Assembly: GCF_964213995.1 (NCBI RefSeq)
Contig: NC_135817.1
Span: 44,268,001-44,332,000 of the forward strand
Source of the DNA: Mustelus asterias
Lineage: Eukaryota
DNA: 64,000 nucleotides
Reading direction: 5' to 3'
A program made the translations under genes and the position numbers. The notes under the pieces were generated by a model that had not been told where the DNA came from, did not search any database, and saw only the letters and a program-made list of their open reading frames with translations. Shown here piece after piece: positions 1 to 13,607 of the stretch. The first letter of the stretch is position 1, and each line of letters begins with the position of its first letter.

Positions 1-1849
1 ATCAAAATATGTATGTATATGATGGTATGAATCAAGGTTCACTACTTTTTTATCATTTATTACTATAATAAATTATAATTATATAATTAGAGAGAGCATA
101 TTGGGGATATATTTTCATCTTTTTCTAAAGTTGTTTTATTAAAACACGTTATTCGTCATGTCTGATGCTGCTGGTTTTGTATTCACCATGAACAATGAGA
201 ATTGTCAGTCAGGGTACACAATTCAAAAAGTTGTTTGTCACATTTCTGAAGCAGTTAATGATTGCTCAATTCATTAAACAACAATCCAGCTGTGAAAAGC
301 ATAAACACTATCAGTTTTAGAAATGACTGTATAAATCTTTACAAACCCTAGTCAGTGCTGCTCCTGACCTAATCTCATCATGAGCAAAAGTCAAGTTAAT
401 AAAGAGGAAGCATTTACTGCAGGTCCTCCACAAAATCTCCACATTTCTTTACAATAATTAATTGATGCGAAATATGCTTTCTTTCATGACTTTTTTGATT
501 GACTGAATCATACTTTTAGATGAAATTTGTGGCTAAGATTTGCAGAAGCTGTTCAACCCGGAGGGGAGGAGGGAGCTTTAACAGATAAACGTCTTGGAAT
601 ATTTAGCGAAAGAGACAAAGGTCTTAAAATTGGGGTGTAACCAATAAGCAGACATTCTTTAAAGCTATACTTCACTTTGATGCATGCCAAGTTAGAACAT
701 AGTGGCCCGCTCAGCACTATGCTGCCGGCCTCTTGGGCGGGAATAGGCCCCACCCCCTACTTTTCAGCGTGAATCTCTCCGAGGTACTCGACATTGCACA
801 GTAAAGGAGATTCATTCAGTTAAGTATTCCCAAAACACAGGCGAGACATTCTCCCATTTTCCCACCCATTGGACACCTAGTTTCGTTTTGGGAGAATCCC
901 AGCCACTCACTCTGCCAACTTCCATCTTTAGCTACAGAGCCTCAGCGACTTCCCTCACATAACAGTGGGTGTCAAACGGGGAGATGTTGAATACATTGCT
1001 TCTTATAGCCTGAAAGGAGTCTGATGCAAAATAAATTCATAACCATGCTCACCCTACATGTGTAAGATTGGACTGAGCCCTTCTTAATGAAGTGGAGACA
1101 TTGCACACACTTTTCCTTGTTTAGGCTGCAGTAGGAGAATTGCTTCCTGAACATGCTAGACAGATGGTTTCCTGCTGACAAAGCAACTTCCCCTCTTCCT
1201 TTGCCCTGTTTGTCATCCTCTGTGTCATCTATGGTTATTCTCCCTATTGTGCTACAGTGAGTTAAAAACTATAGCATCAATAACTGGGAGAAAGTGTTCT
1301 GAGGAGAAGTCAGAACAAAGGCCTTCACCACATGCTACACTGCTTCTTGTAGACTTCAGCAACTTTAAACAGCAATACAAATCATCAAACACCTCTACTC
1401 ATTCAGCAATAACCAATATAGGTCAGTAAGCAACTAAACTGAATGTCAATACTAATCCCCTTAAATAACTGTGCTTGGGAGTCCTGCTTGTACAGGTTAA
1501 GATAGAGTGTTAGCTGGAGCAGTGAGATCAAAAATAGCACTACATGAGTCAATTCAGCATTACAGACTGACTGATTTCACAACCTATCTATTTTGCATAC
1601 TCCTAGTGCTCTCAGCATCTATGCTAATGACCTACCCAAAGTGGGGTCTGCCACAGCCTCCACCAGATGTGTGTGTCTACAATGTAGATGACATTTGATA
1701 CTGAAACAGCACACATAGTGCCAAAATTGCAAATGCTATGCAAATAAATGTTGCAGTCCCAGTGTCCTTCATGAACCATAATTCCTGCTCTTTCTCTCCT
1801 TCGCAGTCCAGGCTGATACTGAGCCTCTGACCTGGGCTGCAGCAAGTAC

Positions 1850-2548
1850 AGTAACAGTTTTAACAACACCAGGTTAAAGTCCAACAGGTTTATTTGGTAG
1901 CAAATACCATTCGCTTTCGGAGCGCTGCTCCTTCGTCAGATGGAGTGGAAATCTGTTCTCAAACAGGGCACAGAGACACAAAATCAAGTTACAGAATACT
2001 GATTAGAATGCAAATCTCTACAGCCAACCAGTTCTTAAAGATACAGACAATGTGAGTGCACGGGCATTCAGCCTCTGATCTTCGGGTAAGCGTTCTCCAA
2101 GGCGGCCTTCACGACACACGACAGTGCAGAGTCGCTGAGCAGAAACTGATAGCCAAGTTCCGCACACATGAGGACGGCCTAAACCAGGATGTTGGGTTTA
2201 TGTCACACTATCTGTAACCCCCACAGCTTGCCTCCTGGACTTGCTGGCTGTCCTGTCTGGAGACAATACACATCTCTTTAACCTGTGCTTAATGCTCCCT
2301 CCACTCACATTGTCTGTATCTTCAAGAACTGGTTGTCTGTAGAGATTTGCATTCTAATTAGTATTCTGTAACTTGATTTTGTGTCTCTGTGCCCTGTTTA
2401 AGAGCAGATTTCCACTCCATGTGACGAAGGAACAGTGCTCCAAAAGCTAATGGTATTTGCTACCAAATAAACCTGTTGAACTTTAACCTGCTGTTGTTAA
2501 AACTGTTACTGTGTTTACCCCAGTCCAACACCGGCATCTCCACATCAT
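1850..2548 (+). mobile_element. Penelope-like element, 5'-truncated with inverted pLTR (fold-back)
   Basis: About 1850-2058 is the reverse complement of about 2303-2512. The middle encodes a GIY-YIG C-terminus (VLQGGLHDTRQCRVAEQKLIAKFRTHEDGLNQDVGFMSHYL*). TSD-like tgcagcaag at 1838-1846 and 2549-2557. Confidence 0.85.
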
Positions 2549-3077
2549 TGCAGCAAGCACCCAGACTCTCTACCTCCAAACATAGTTATGGCAAGCCCGG
2601 AGCACAGGTTCAGACTATGTATCCACCCATACCTCCTGGCCCACACTGGCCTCAAACCTGAAAGTCTTACACCCACAGCCTGCCACAAGTTCCCAGATAT
2701 GGACTGAGACTGCAGCTGCATCAGGATGTGCTTCTTGTTCCACCCACTTCTGTAGTCTAGTCTCAGCCCTACCCCCTAAGTAATCAGAATAACAGAACTA
2801 TTAGAGCACATAAGGAGGCCATTTGGTCCATTGTGTCTGCACTGGCTCTCCAAATGAGCATTATGAGTTACTGTCATTCTCCTGCCTTTTCCCCATATCC
2901 TTACATAATATTTCTATTCGAATAATCATCTAATGCCTCCTTGAATGCCTCAACTGAAATTGCCTCCACCACTCTGCCAGGCAGCACATTCCAGGCTTGA
3001 ACAACTAACATTTACTTCTTTTGCAAATCACTTTAAATCTGTACCCTCTTTGTTCTCAATCCTTTTATGAGCAGGAA

Positions 3078-3875
3078 TAATTTCAATCCTGATAAATGCG
3101 AAGTGATGCATTTTGGTAGAAATAATGTAGGGAGGAGCTATACGATAAATGGCAGAACCATAAAGGGTGTAGATACGCAGAGGGACCTGGGTGTGCAAGT
3201 CCACAGATCCTTGAAGGTGACGTCACAGGTGGAGAAGGTGGTGAAGAAGGCATATGGCATACTTGCCTTTATAGGACGGGGCATAGAGTATAAAAGTTGG
3301 GGTCTGATGTTGCAGATGTATAGAACGTTGGTTCGGCCGCATTTGGAATACTGCGTCCAGTTCTGGTCACCACACTACCAGAAGGACGTGGAGGCTTTGG
3401 AGAGAGTACAGAGGAAGTTTACCAGGATGTTGCCTGATATGGAGGGACTTAGTTATGAGGAGAGATTGGGTAAACTGGGGTTGTTCTCCCTGGAAAGATG
3501 GAGGATGAGGGGAGACTTAATAGAGGTGTATAAAATTATGAAAGGCATAGATAGGGTGAACGGTGGGAAGCTTTTCCCCAGGTCGGTGGTGACGTTCACG
3601 AGGGGTCATAGGTTCAAGGTGAAAGGGGGGAGGTTTCACACAGATATCAGAAGGACATATTTTACACAGAGGGTGGTGGGGGCCTGGAATGCGCTGCCAG
3701 GCAAGGTGGTGGAGGCAGACACACTGGGAACGTTTAAGACTTATCTAGATAGCCACATGAATGGAGTGGGAATGGAGAGATACAAAAGAATGGTCTAGTT
3801 TGGACCAGGGAGCGGCACGTCTTGGAGGGCCGAAGGGCCTGTTCCTGTGCTGTATTGTTCTTTGTTCTTTGTTCT
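3078..3875 (+). mobile_element. Young CR1/HER1-type LINE, 5'-truncated (subfamily A)
   Basis: Open ORF2 C-terminus (FNPDKCEVMHFG...LVRPHLEYCVQFWSPH...RGDLIEVYKIM), 3' UTR gggccgaagggcctgtt and (ttctttg)n tail. Confidence 0.95.
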
Positions 3876-4040
3876 CCCAATCTACTCTGTCCAGACCCCT
3901 CATGATTGTGAACATCTCTATCAGATCTCCTCTTTGCCTTCTCCCCTCCCAGGAGAACAGTCCCAAATCTATCCTCATATCTGAAGTTTCTCATTCCTGG
4001 AACCAGTCTTGTAAACCTCTTCTGCACTCTCTCCAATGCA

Positions 4041-5010
4041 AACAACAAAGAAAATTACTGCACAGGAACAGGCCCTTCGGCCCTCCAAGCCTGCACCGAC
4101 CATGCTGCCTGACTTAACTAAAACCACCTACCCTTCCAGGGACCATATCCCTCTATTCCCATCCTATTCATGTACTTGTCAAGATGCCCCTTAAAAGTCA
4201 CTACCGTATTCGCTTCCACTACCTCCCCCGGCAACGAGTTCCAGGCACCCACTACTCTCTGTGTAAAAAATCTGCCTCGTACATCTCCTTTAAACCTTGC
4301 CCCTCACATCTTTAACCTATGCCCCCTAGTAATTGACTCTTTCACCCTGGGAAAAAGCTTCTGACTATCCACTCTGTCCATGCCTCTCATAATCTTGCAG
4401 ACTTCTATCAGGTCTCCCCTCAACCTCCGTCGCTCCAGTGAGAACAAACCAAGTTTCTCCAACCTCTCCTCATAGCTAATGCCCTCCATACCAGGCAACA
4501 TCCTGGTAAATCTTTTCTGTACCCTCTCCAAAGCCTCCACATCCTTCTGGTAGTGTGGGGACCAGAATTGAACACTATATTCCAAGTGCGGCCTAACTAA
4601 GGTTCTATAAAGCTGCAACATGACTTGCCAATTTTTAAACTCAATACCCCGGCCAATGAAGGCAAGCATGCCGTATGCCTTCTTGACTACCTTCTCCATC
4701 TGCATTGCCACTTCCAGTGACCTATGTACCTGTACACCCAGGTCCCTTTGCCTATCAATACTCTTCAGGGTTCTGCCATTTACTGTATATTTCCTATCTG
4801 TATTAGACCTTCCACAATGCATTACCTCACATTTGTCTGGATTAAACTCCATCTGCCATCTCTCCGCTTAAGTCTCCAACTGATCTATATCCTGCTGCAT
4901 CCTCTGATGGTCCTCATCGCTATCTGCAAATCCACCAACCTTTGTGTCGTCTGCAAACTTAGTAATCAATCCAGTTACATTTTCCTCCAAGTCATTTATA
5001 TATATATATA
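4041..5010 (-). mobile_element. CR1-type LINE, 5'-truncated
   Basis: ORF 4304-4852 with RT C-terminal motifs. The 3' tail is at 4041-4090. Confidence 0.95.
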
Positions 5011-5821
5011 AATGATTTGGAGGAATCATTTCACATAATTGCTATAATTTGGTGCCCAGAACTGTATACAATATTCCAGCTGAGGTCTAACTAATGTCTT
5101 GCATATGTTCAGCACAATCTCCTTGTTGAATGATGAAAATGACAGAACACACACACTAACAATTTAGCTTTTACCTATAGAGCACAAGAATTAGGAGCAG
5201 GAGTAGGCTATGCGATCTCTCAACCTGCTCTGTCATTCGATAAGATCATGGATGGTGTAATTATAGCCTCAACGCCACTTTCTTGTCAGCCCCCAATAAC
5301 CATCCCCTCCCTTGTCAACGAAAATATCTGAGGCTGAATTAGATTTTTGAACTACCCAACCTCCAGCAGCAGATGACAGTGGCAGGTCTATAGGTATGAG
5401 GGCTCTTGATAATATTCACAAGCTCTACTAGTTTTTAAAAGGTAATGTCAATTATCCTAAGGAAAACAATGATAATATTTCAATAAAAAAATGAGAATAC
5501 AGCTAATATGTCAAAATTACAGATAAACTCAGAAATCTAGTGACAGCAGAAATAAAGTTATTGATAGTAAAGAATATATTTAGTTCTTAATCCAGATGAA
5601 CATCCTGTCTCCTTTTCTAGCTTCGGTAAACTGACAGTAGATGGTTTTGCAAAGTTCAACTGCTAATCCCATATGGATAAGGGATTCCAAATTAATCTGC
5701 TCAGAATTCTCAGATTTGGAAGGCCAGAAAATGGATGACGTGAGACAATTCACGTTCTAGTAAGATATTCTCTTCCAATATTCGGTTCCAGGTGCCCAAA
5801 GAGTAGAAGTTTAAAATGAAA

Positions 5822-6240
5822 AAGAAAGACTTGCATTCAAGCAGCACTTTGCATGACCTCTTTAAAGCTCTTTACACTTTCTGAAGTGTGGTCATTGTTG
5901 CCATGTAGGAGACATAGCAGCCAATCCGTTTTCATCCAACTCCCAGAACCAGAAATGCAATAATGACCAGTTAATCTGCTTTTTGGGATGTTGATTGAGA
6001 GGTAAATGTTGGCCAGGACACTGGGGATAACTTCCTGCTCTTCTTCAAAATACTGCCATGAATTCTTTTACATTCACCCGAACAGGTTAGTTCAATGTCT
6101 CAACCAAAGACAGCACCTCTGACGGTGCAGCACTCTCTCAGTACAGTGTTTGGAGTGCCATTGCTGACTTTTGTGCTCAAGCCCTGGAGTGGAAGTTGAA
6201 CCTGGAACTTTGTGATTCAGATGATTGTGCCACAGCTGGC
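5822..6240 (-). mobile_element. DeuSINE (SacSINE1/AmnSINE-like) remnant
   Basis: Reverse complement contains a Deu-domain-like segment (gagagagtgctgcaccgtcagaggtgctgtctttggttgagacatt) and a ...gaatgcaagtctt tail. Confidence 0.65.
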
Positions 6241-7199
6241 ACAGATTGCTGCATCTGCCCTATGCTAAATACACTGTTTGATACTGACACTCAGAGCACA
6301 TCAGTATATGTGCAACCACAAGATAAGTGATTAAATTGAACTATGTCGAGATAATCTTTATAACAATTAAGTGAAGCTTGCAATTGCTGTATTTTGCTTA
6401 TTCCTGCCGACTTGAATCGCTCATATTCTACGTACAACATCCTGTAACTGTGGTAAAATTAATTAGAAATACCAAACTGAAAAACCTCTTAGACTTACAA
6501 AAGTATCCTTTTTGGACAATGCCCAACTCAGCCAAACAAAGAAAGCCTCCCCTATTGTGATAGCAAACTTATCTGAACAGACATGAAAATGTTGCACCTG
6601 ATAACATCAGCTGCATATGCAATTGCAAGAGTACTACTGGTGCAGAAACCCCTCTCAGTAAATTACTCGGCTGAACTGCAGGCAACTGAAAACCACAACT
6701 CTAAACAGGTGGTACAATGTTAGCACTTAGCATTTTTGCACCAAGAACTTATTCGGCCACATTCTTGTTTCAAAACACTTTAAGGGGTTTTCCCTCTTTC
6801 TATTACTGCACTAATCTAATTCATCTTGGTGTTCAAACTTTAAAATTATTGGGATAATTTTGAACTCCACACAATCTCCACATCAAGAACTTTCAAAATA
6901 TTCAATTGGATATCAAAAATACAGCCAAATGTTTTTCCATGTAAGAAACACTTTTCCATGCTAATGTAACCTTAATTCCCACTGTGTCCACTCATATTAT
7001 TTTGGATGTTGTTATAGACCATCACTTCAATATCCTCTGTTGACCTTGCCAATCCCTTTTCTCTTGCCTCTTCCCTTTCATGTAACCCAATCATGCCACA
7101 TTTCACTTACTCTCCCCCCTAACTCCTGCCCCAATCCTTTTCCTATTCCTCTGCATTCCTGTTTTTCTGTCACTGTCCCAGGCTGGATGCGCCTACTGT

Positions 7200-8540
7200 T
7201 TCTATTTGTATTTATCTCAGCATTCTCCAAAGAGCCCATCAAATCACTCATCACTGCCGCATAACAAGCAGCAAGCCCAAGTGTCCCATTCTCCTCTTTG
7301 ACTGTCCTTCCCATGCTGCTCAACAACCTCCTTTGTATTCTGTTCATCCCATCCCACTTGTGGTCTACCAATGATCATTGCACCTCTCTGAATTTCCTTC
7401 CAGAGTATCCAATTACTTACCAACGGGGTTCTTGCTATGTCTATGATCTTATTGTGAATAATTATTGCATTGACATTATGCTTTTAATGAAATCTTGTGT
7501 CATTGATGACAAGACCCTTCCCTTACTGAAGCCTTCACACCTGGCTATATTTTCTGCCTGCTGCTCTGCCCAAATTTCCAAGGTAGTGGTGTAGGCCTTT
7601 TGTCATCGAATCACACTTTAGTCTTTTTGCTTTACTCTTCTGGCACACTTTGTTTCACACCTCTTGCTTCTCCAGAATGTCTTTGTTCTTTGCCATCCTC
7701 TTAAACCCAATTATCACGATTCATCTGCAACTCTAAATCATTCACTCCCTCAGCTTCACTTCTGATATCCTTATCCTCAATAAGTCTCATACACTCTCCC
7801 AATTTGTTCTCTCACCTGGTAAGATCTTTGCTCCTAACATCCATAGTTTGCAGAGAAATCTATTTGGTACACAACTGGTTTAACCATCCATCATTCGATT
7901 TGGCTGTACCACATCAAACACTGTTGGGCCTTTGTCCCTCAGCCAAAACTGTTCACTAGTCTGGAATCACTCTGGAATGTAAAGGTAATCCCTGGCTCAT
8001 TTTCAGTATCGACCATTGCCTTTTAATCCCTCTCCCCTACCCATCCTCTATCACCCCAAAATGTGAAGAACTCATGGTCTTCCTTGCCATTAAAATTGAG
8101 ACCATCCATTCTGTTAGTTTTTCTTCCCCCATCATGCTACGTTCCTCTTGTGGCTCCCATATGTCCTCACCTGACTGCCATTTTTCTATAATTTCACAAC
8201 CACCCATCCACCATCTGCCGTGCCTTCCTGAGCTAATCTCTTCCATGAAACCCAGATAGTGCTCTGTCTTTTTTATTTGTTTGGGGATTTCAGCATCACT
8301 GGCAATCTCAGCATTTATCATCTTTTCCTAATCACTCTTGATCCCCTTACTGTTTAACTGCTGACCCTCCCTGGTCAACACAGACATGCTAACATTTTGA
8401 ACAGTCTTTTCTCCTCAGGTATTGTCAACCTCCTTATGAAGATCTTGGCTTTCTCCATCCTCCTCCAAACCCCATTGTTCTAACCACTGTCTTTGCAAAC
8501 CACGACCCAACCTCCAATCTCCCTTTCTCTCCAAAGTCAC
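7200..8540 (+). mobile_element. Degraded L2-like LINE fragment
   Basis: Pyrimidine-rich decayed ORF2-like text (CEELMVFLAIKIETIH; ...ctccaatctccctttctctccaaag) with many disruptions. Confidence 0.5.
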
Positions 8541-8542
8541 AG

Positions 8543-8830
8543 GGGTTAGCACTGCTGCCTCACAGCGCCAGGGACCAAGATTCGATTCTTGGTTTGGGTC
8601 ACTGTCTGTGCGGAGTTTGCACGTTCTCCTTGTGTCTGCATGGGCTTCCTCTGGGTGTTCTGGTTTCCTCCCATAGCCTGAAAGACGTGCTGGTTAGGTG
8701 CATTGGCCATGCTAAATTTTCCCTCATTGTACCCGAACAAGTGCCAAAGTGTGACGACTAGGGGATTTTCACAGTAACTTCATTGCAGTGTTAAAGTAAG
8801 CCTACTTGTGACACTAATAAATAAACTTTA
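8543..8830 (+). mobile_element. tRNA-derived V-SINE (HE1-related, alternative tail)
   Basis: ggttagcactgctgcctcacag head, B-box-like ttcgattc, V-domain tggtttcctcccatag and tail ...gcctacttgtgacactaataaataaac. Confidence 0.85.
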
Positions 8831-10101
8831 AAAGCCCTTAAAGAGACGACATGGAAGACAGGATTTAGGAAGAACAAAAGAGCACTGAATTCCTTCACCT
8901 TTCCTTGCCTGACTCTCTATTCTCAGATTACATTCATTGTGTCATAATGGCACAGAAGGAGGCTATTCAGCCTATTGAGTCCATACTAGCTCTGTGTCGA
9001 GCAATCCTTTCAGTCCCATTTCCTGCTCTATCTTAGAGCACATGCAAGTTTATTTCCCTCAATTGTCTTGTCGAATTTCCTTTTGAAATCATCAACTGTC
9101 TCCATTTCCAAAACCAGGTCATTACCTGGTTTTCCTTATTTGAGGTTTTCCTCATATCCTCTCTATATTGCTTATATTTTTCCCAGCCAATGTTCTGGAC
9201 AATGAAATGTGAAGATAATTGCTATAATTTGAATGATGGTTTTGTCCACATGATGCAGAACTTCCTACATTTTAATACCAGGTACTGAACCAGCTGTGTA
9301 GTGGTTACGAACCATTTTGGTTTAAACCACGATGCACGCTGTACTTGAATTCAGCAGGTTTCTGCATGTTGTCAACCCATTTTAGGATGAAAATTTCTCT
9401 TGACCATCCAAAATACATAACACTTTTGTTGACAAAAAAATGGTCAAGACCAATGTAAAATGGCCATATTTACTTTACTGCCACATAGATATTGACAACA
9501 CTGCACTGTATGCATTGCAAGTCCCCTGACACTCAATGAGTAGATACTGCTGTGACATGCCGTCCATTTGCAAAATTTGAATACTGTAGGAATCCCAAAC
9601 ACACACTTGATTTAGGCTTGGGACACCGAGATTGGGACATTGTGGAATTTTCCAGCCGTTCTCGCCAGCGGGATCTTCCAGTCCCATTGAAGGTGAACCC
9701 TCACCATGGGTCTACTGGCAGCGGGGGGTGCATAGAATGGGAAACCTTGTTGACATTGGCGGAATATTGGCCTACGGCAGGCCACCTCTGCTGCCACAAA
9801 ACACGCCACGGGCGGGGGGATGGGGAGGTGGGGTGCAAAGTCCCACCCACCATTTTTTGGTAATGAAATTCAATGCACGGTGATTTAGAGGTTGAAATTC
9901 CCTTGAGGTCATATTAGCTGTACACATATTTCAGTTAATGAGCAGATAGTGCTAAAGGTTGCCAAACCATCAACTTCGGAGTGACATTTTGCACATCAAT
10001 GCAGTGGACAGCACGGACCACTGCCAAGCATGCAGTATAACTGCAGCTTTAATATTTTGAAACAGATCAGTACTAAATTATTCCTTATCACAATCCCTTA
10101 C

Positions 10102-10210
10102 ACAGTTCTTTTCACTGCGATATTAGGTAAAAAATGGCCTTGAAAATGCACCTTGATGCATCTTAGTTTTGACAATGTTACTGTTGATTTCTGTGGATTT
10201 TCAGTGACTT
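10102..10210 (-). CDS. Possible internal exon (phase 1 to 2; VTENPQKSTVTLSKLRCIKVHFQGHFLPNIAVKRT)
   Basis: Acceptor ttcatttcactctgccag and donor gtaagg. The single open frame is phase-compatible with 18338-18383. No recognised homology. Confidence 0.3.
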
Positions 10211-13200
10211 CTGGCAGAGTGAAATGAAGGGTACATTCATTTAGTGAATATAATTTAAAATAATGCAGTAATTGCAGGAGTAGAAGCAACTGTTCCATCA
10301 TTACAGCTGCAAATGATTGATGAAGCAAATTGTAGTCTCTGGATCACAATGGTCGAGAGATAATGAAAAAGGCCAGGGGCTGAAAACTTGAGGCATGCAA
10401 GCCACCAAGAGAGAATAAGAAATTAAGGAACTTATTTTCTTGATTTAATTGTTGAATTTTCATTACAGAGACAGAGAGATAATACTAATCCTTCAGTTTG
10501 TGTTATGAACTGTTTCCCTGAATTACAATATTGGCAACACGCTTAAGGTACTTTGTTCATATTTGAAATGCTTTGGGACATGAAAAGTGCTATATAAATG
10601 CAAGTTCTTTCTTTCCTGCTATCTGGGATACATATTATTGCCTTTTTCATTTTTTGCTGACAGTGGAAGATGAAAAGGCAGAATTTTACTTCTGCCACAC
10701 TATTAACTTTATTTTAATTGTTATGGGCATCTGTTAATGTCAAATATTAAACTTCAGTCTGATCATCTAGACTCATAAATTGGAGGGCCGAAGGGCCTGT
10801 TTCCTGTGCTGTACTGTTCTTTGAGTCTTTTTAAAGGCAATTGCAACTGTTAAACAAAGGCACTGATTTTAGATGGTTGCCACAGGTCACCTGACATTCA
10901 GGACTGTAAATTAGCCAAGCTTCTGGAAGCTCATAAAAGATGGATTACAATGAACATCCTTGTAGAACGCTGCAACTGCCATTGTCAGGGCTTGCCTTAA
11001 AACAGCCAGGGCAATAAAGACTCCAGGATTACCAGGTAACAAAGGAGAATTAAGAAAATTAATTATGCCCAAGGGAAGTGTTAAGGACCCACTTATGCTT
11101 CTGCTGTAATGTTGATGGTTTTGACTGTGAGAGGTGGAAACTCCTTTAGTGACATAAATAGACTATTGACTGTTTTCCATTGCATATCAATGGATAGCCA
11201 TCACATAACTGAAACTCTTTGATTTTTGAAAGTCTTTTATTATAAGACTGCTAGCTTCGGAGCAGTCTTGAGAAGGGACATCTAAAATCAGGTTAAAAAG
11301 CTGCTTTCCTCTTTCTCTCAAGTTAAGTAAATGCAGTCTGCTTATATTATACTGTGGACAGCATATTGAGAAATTCTAAAGAAGACTTGAAATTACAAAG
11401 TAGCATTGCAGGGAGGAAGGAAATACAAGGACCACAGCTCTGAGAACTGCCTCAGCCATGAACAACAGAAAAGGACTCATAATCAGTTAACTCTTTATAT
11501 CTTAGCCTTTTATCATTGTATTATAATTTGGCCAAAAGTTAACTTCCTCTACTTTCTAACTTTTAACTCGCAAGTGGGCACGTGCGCGTGAGTGTATGTT
11601 GCAATGATCAGGGCATGTTTACTTTTTTCCCCCCTATATTTTACATCTTATATATTTATATTATATTTAAAGATATTTACCTAGATGAGTTTTTATCACA
11701 TTAAAAACTAATATTTTACTCATTTAAACTTAGGAAAGCCAGTCAGACTGAGCTGTTTGCAATCACAGATGAAGACTGGAATTTTACCATCCTACCCTCC
11801 ATGGGAATTGGAGCAGGTGAGGGAGGACCGTGGAAAAGTCCGTTGACATTGGGCGGGATATTACGGTTTTGGGAAGAGTGGGATTCTTCGTAAAATCCTG
11901 CCCGAAGTTTAGTACATAAACTGGATTTTCATATTCAGCCTTATAAATTTCTAAATACCCTGCTGTGATTAACTAAGGTGTGGCAAACAACTGCAAGAAT
12001 CCTTGCATCATCCTCTTCTGATTGTAACATATTTTTGGGCTACTGACCAGATTTCAACCAATTGACATAATGAGAGAAATTGGAATTAGAAAGTAAATGA
12101 ATCCCAAGATATATATTTAAAATCTCCAATCTATGTTTTCTTGTGTACAGTGCTACAGTACTAACATGATGTCTACTTTTGAAGCTAGCGCTTTTCTAAA
12201 ACAGTTCAAAGCTCCTTTCCTTGAAGAATTGTGGAGTCTAGATATTTCGAGATGAAAATTGGGTGAAAAATTAGAAAACCCGAAATTCAAAACCTAGCAG
12301 CCAACAATTGTGACATTGAATTGTAGAAGACAGAGATAAGCATAGATACTGAAACAGGCAGTTAACTTCAGCAAAACTGCAGCTGGAACAGAAAAAGCTA
12401 GGGCTAGAATTCCACACTGGAGAAAAGAAAAGGGAGAAAGAAGGAAAAGAAAAAGAGAGAAAGGACATGGAGCAAGAAGAAACATTTCAAAAAGAAAAGA
12501 AAAGAAGAGGCAGGCTTTCAACTGAAGTAGCATGAGCTGAGAGTGGTAAGATCCATAGGATACAATGAGAGCATCAATAGCGAGAGAAGAACCAAGTGGC
12601 AAAGTGCTGAACATTTTAAATTTTCCCACATCATTCCATCATTTAAGGGATATGTAGAAGCAGTTTTCATTTCAGTCGACGAGATTTCAAATCAAATAAA
12701 ATGGCCAGCAGAAAATTGGACTCCGCTGATGCAAAATAAGTTAATAGGCAAAACCCACCAAGTGTACGCCATGTTGTCTGATGTGAATTAAGTCAATCAT
12801 GAAATGACTAAGAAAGCTATCCTCATTACTTGTGAACTAGTCCCTGAGGCTTCTGTACCATCTAAAAGCACCCCGGACAAACTTACACCAAGTCTGAAAA
12901 CATCAAGCAACTTGCATTTGACCACTGGATATAGGCATGTAAGATAGAAATCATTAATGAAAGCCTCTGAGATATAGTCCTCCTCATGGAGTTCAAAAAC
13001 TCACTCCCAATTGGAAGAGTAAAAGGTGTCCAAAGCTAGACAGCCAGCTCTCATGGCATATGACCCAGAGACCCCTAAGTTGGAGTATACTGAGATCTAG
13101 TCATTCTCACAGACAAGGGGCAGATAGATAAGGCTGAGAGAGGTTGGATAGAAAAGAGAAATAATGAAGAGCGGCAGAAGGGTACCGAACAGGACCCACA

Positions 13201-13607
13201 GGGAGTCCAGAGCCCACAGGGAGTCCGACATCAAACTAATATCAGTGACCATGGAACTGGTCAGCTTGTGTTCAGGCATTGCTGCTGGCCAGAATAACTA
13301 CCAGGAGTTTGTATTCAAGGGGAAGATGATCCCTAATTGATTAAATGAGCAGGAAAAGGAGATCAGTATTCTCCGAGACACTGGCTGTTTACAAACATGC
13401 CTGAGAGGGAGATTAAAGAACTGCCACACAATAGCAGGGTTAATTTCTAAAAGTTAATCAAGGGACTCAACAGAAGTGAGCCTAGAGGTGTCACTGGTAA
13501 AAATTTACTTGCAGAGTGAGCTCATTATGGGACTAGTAACAGTGGGTGTAATCCCATGCAAGGAGCCAACATTCAGTTGGAAAATGACCTTGCAGGCTGA
13601 AAGGTAA

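Larger units (their letters stand above)
2785..5130 (-). mobile_element. Degraded CR1-type LINE 3' part hosting two younger nested CR1 copies
   Basis: Minus-strand RT C-terminal motifs (ALERVQKRFTRLVPGM, RGDLIEMF) at 3875-4040. The host continues at 2785-3075 and 5030-5130. Confidence 0.7.
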
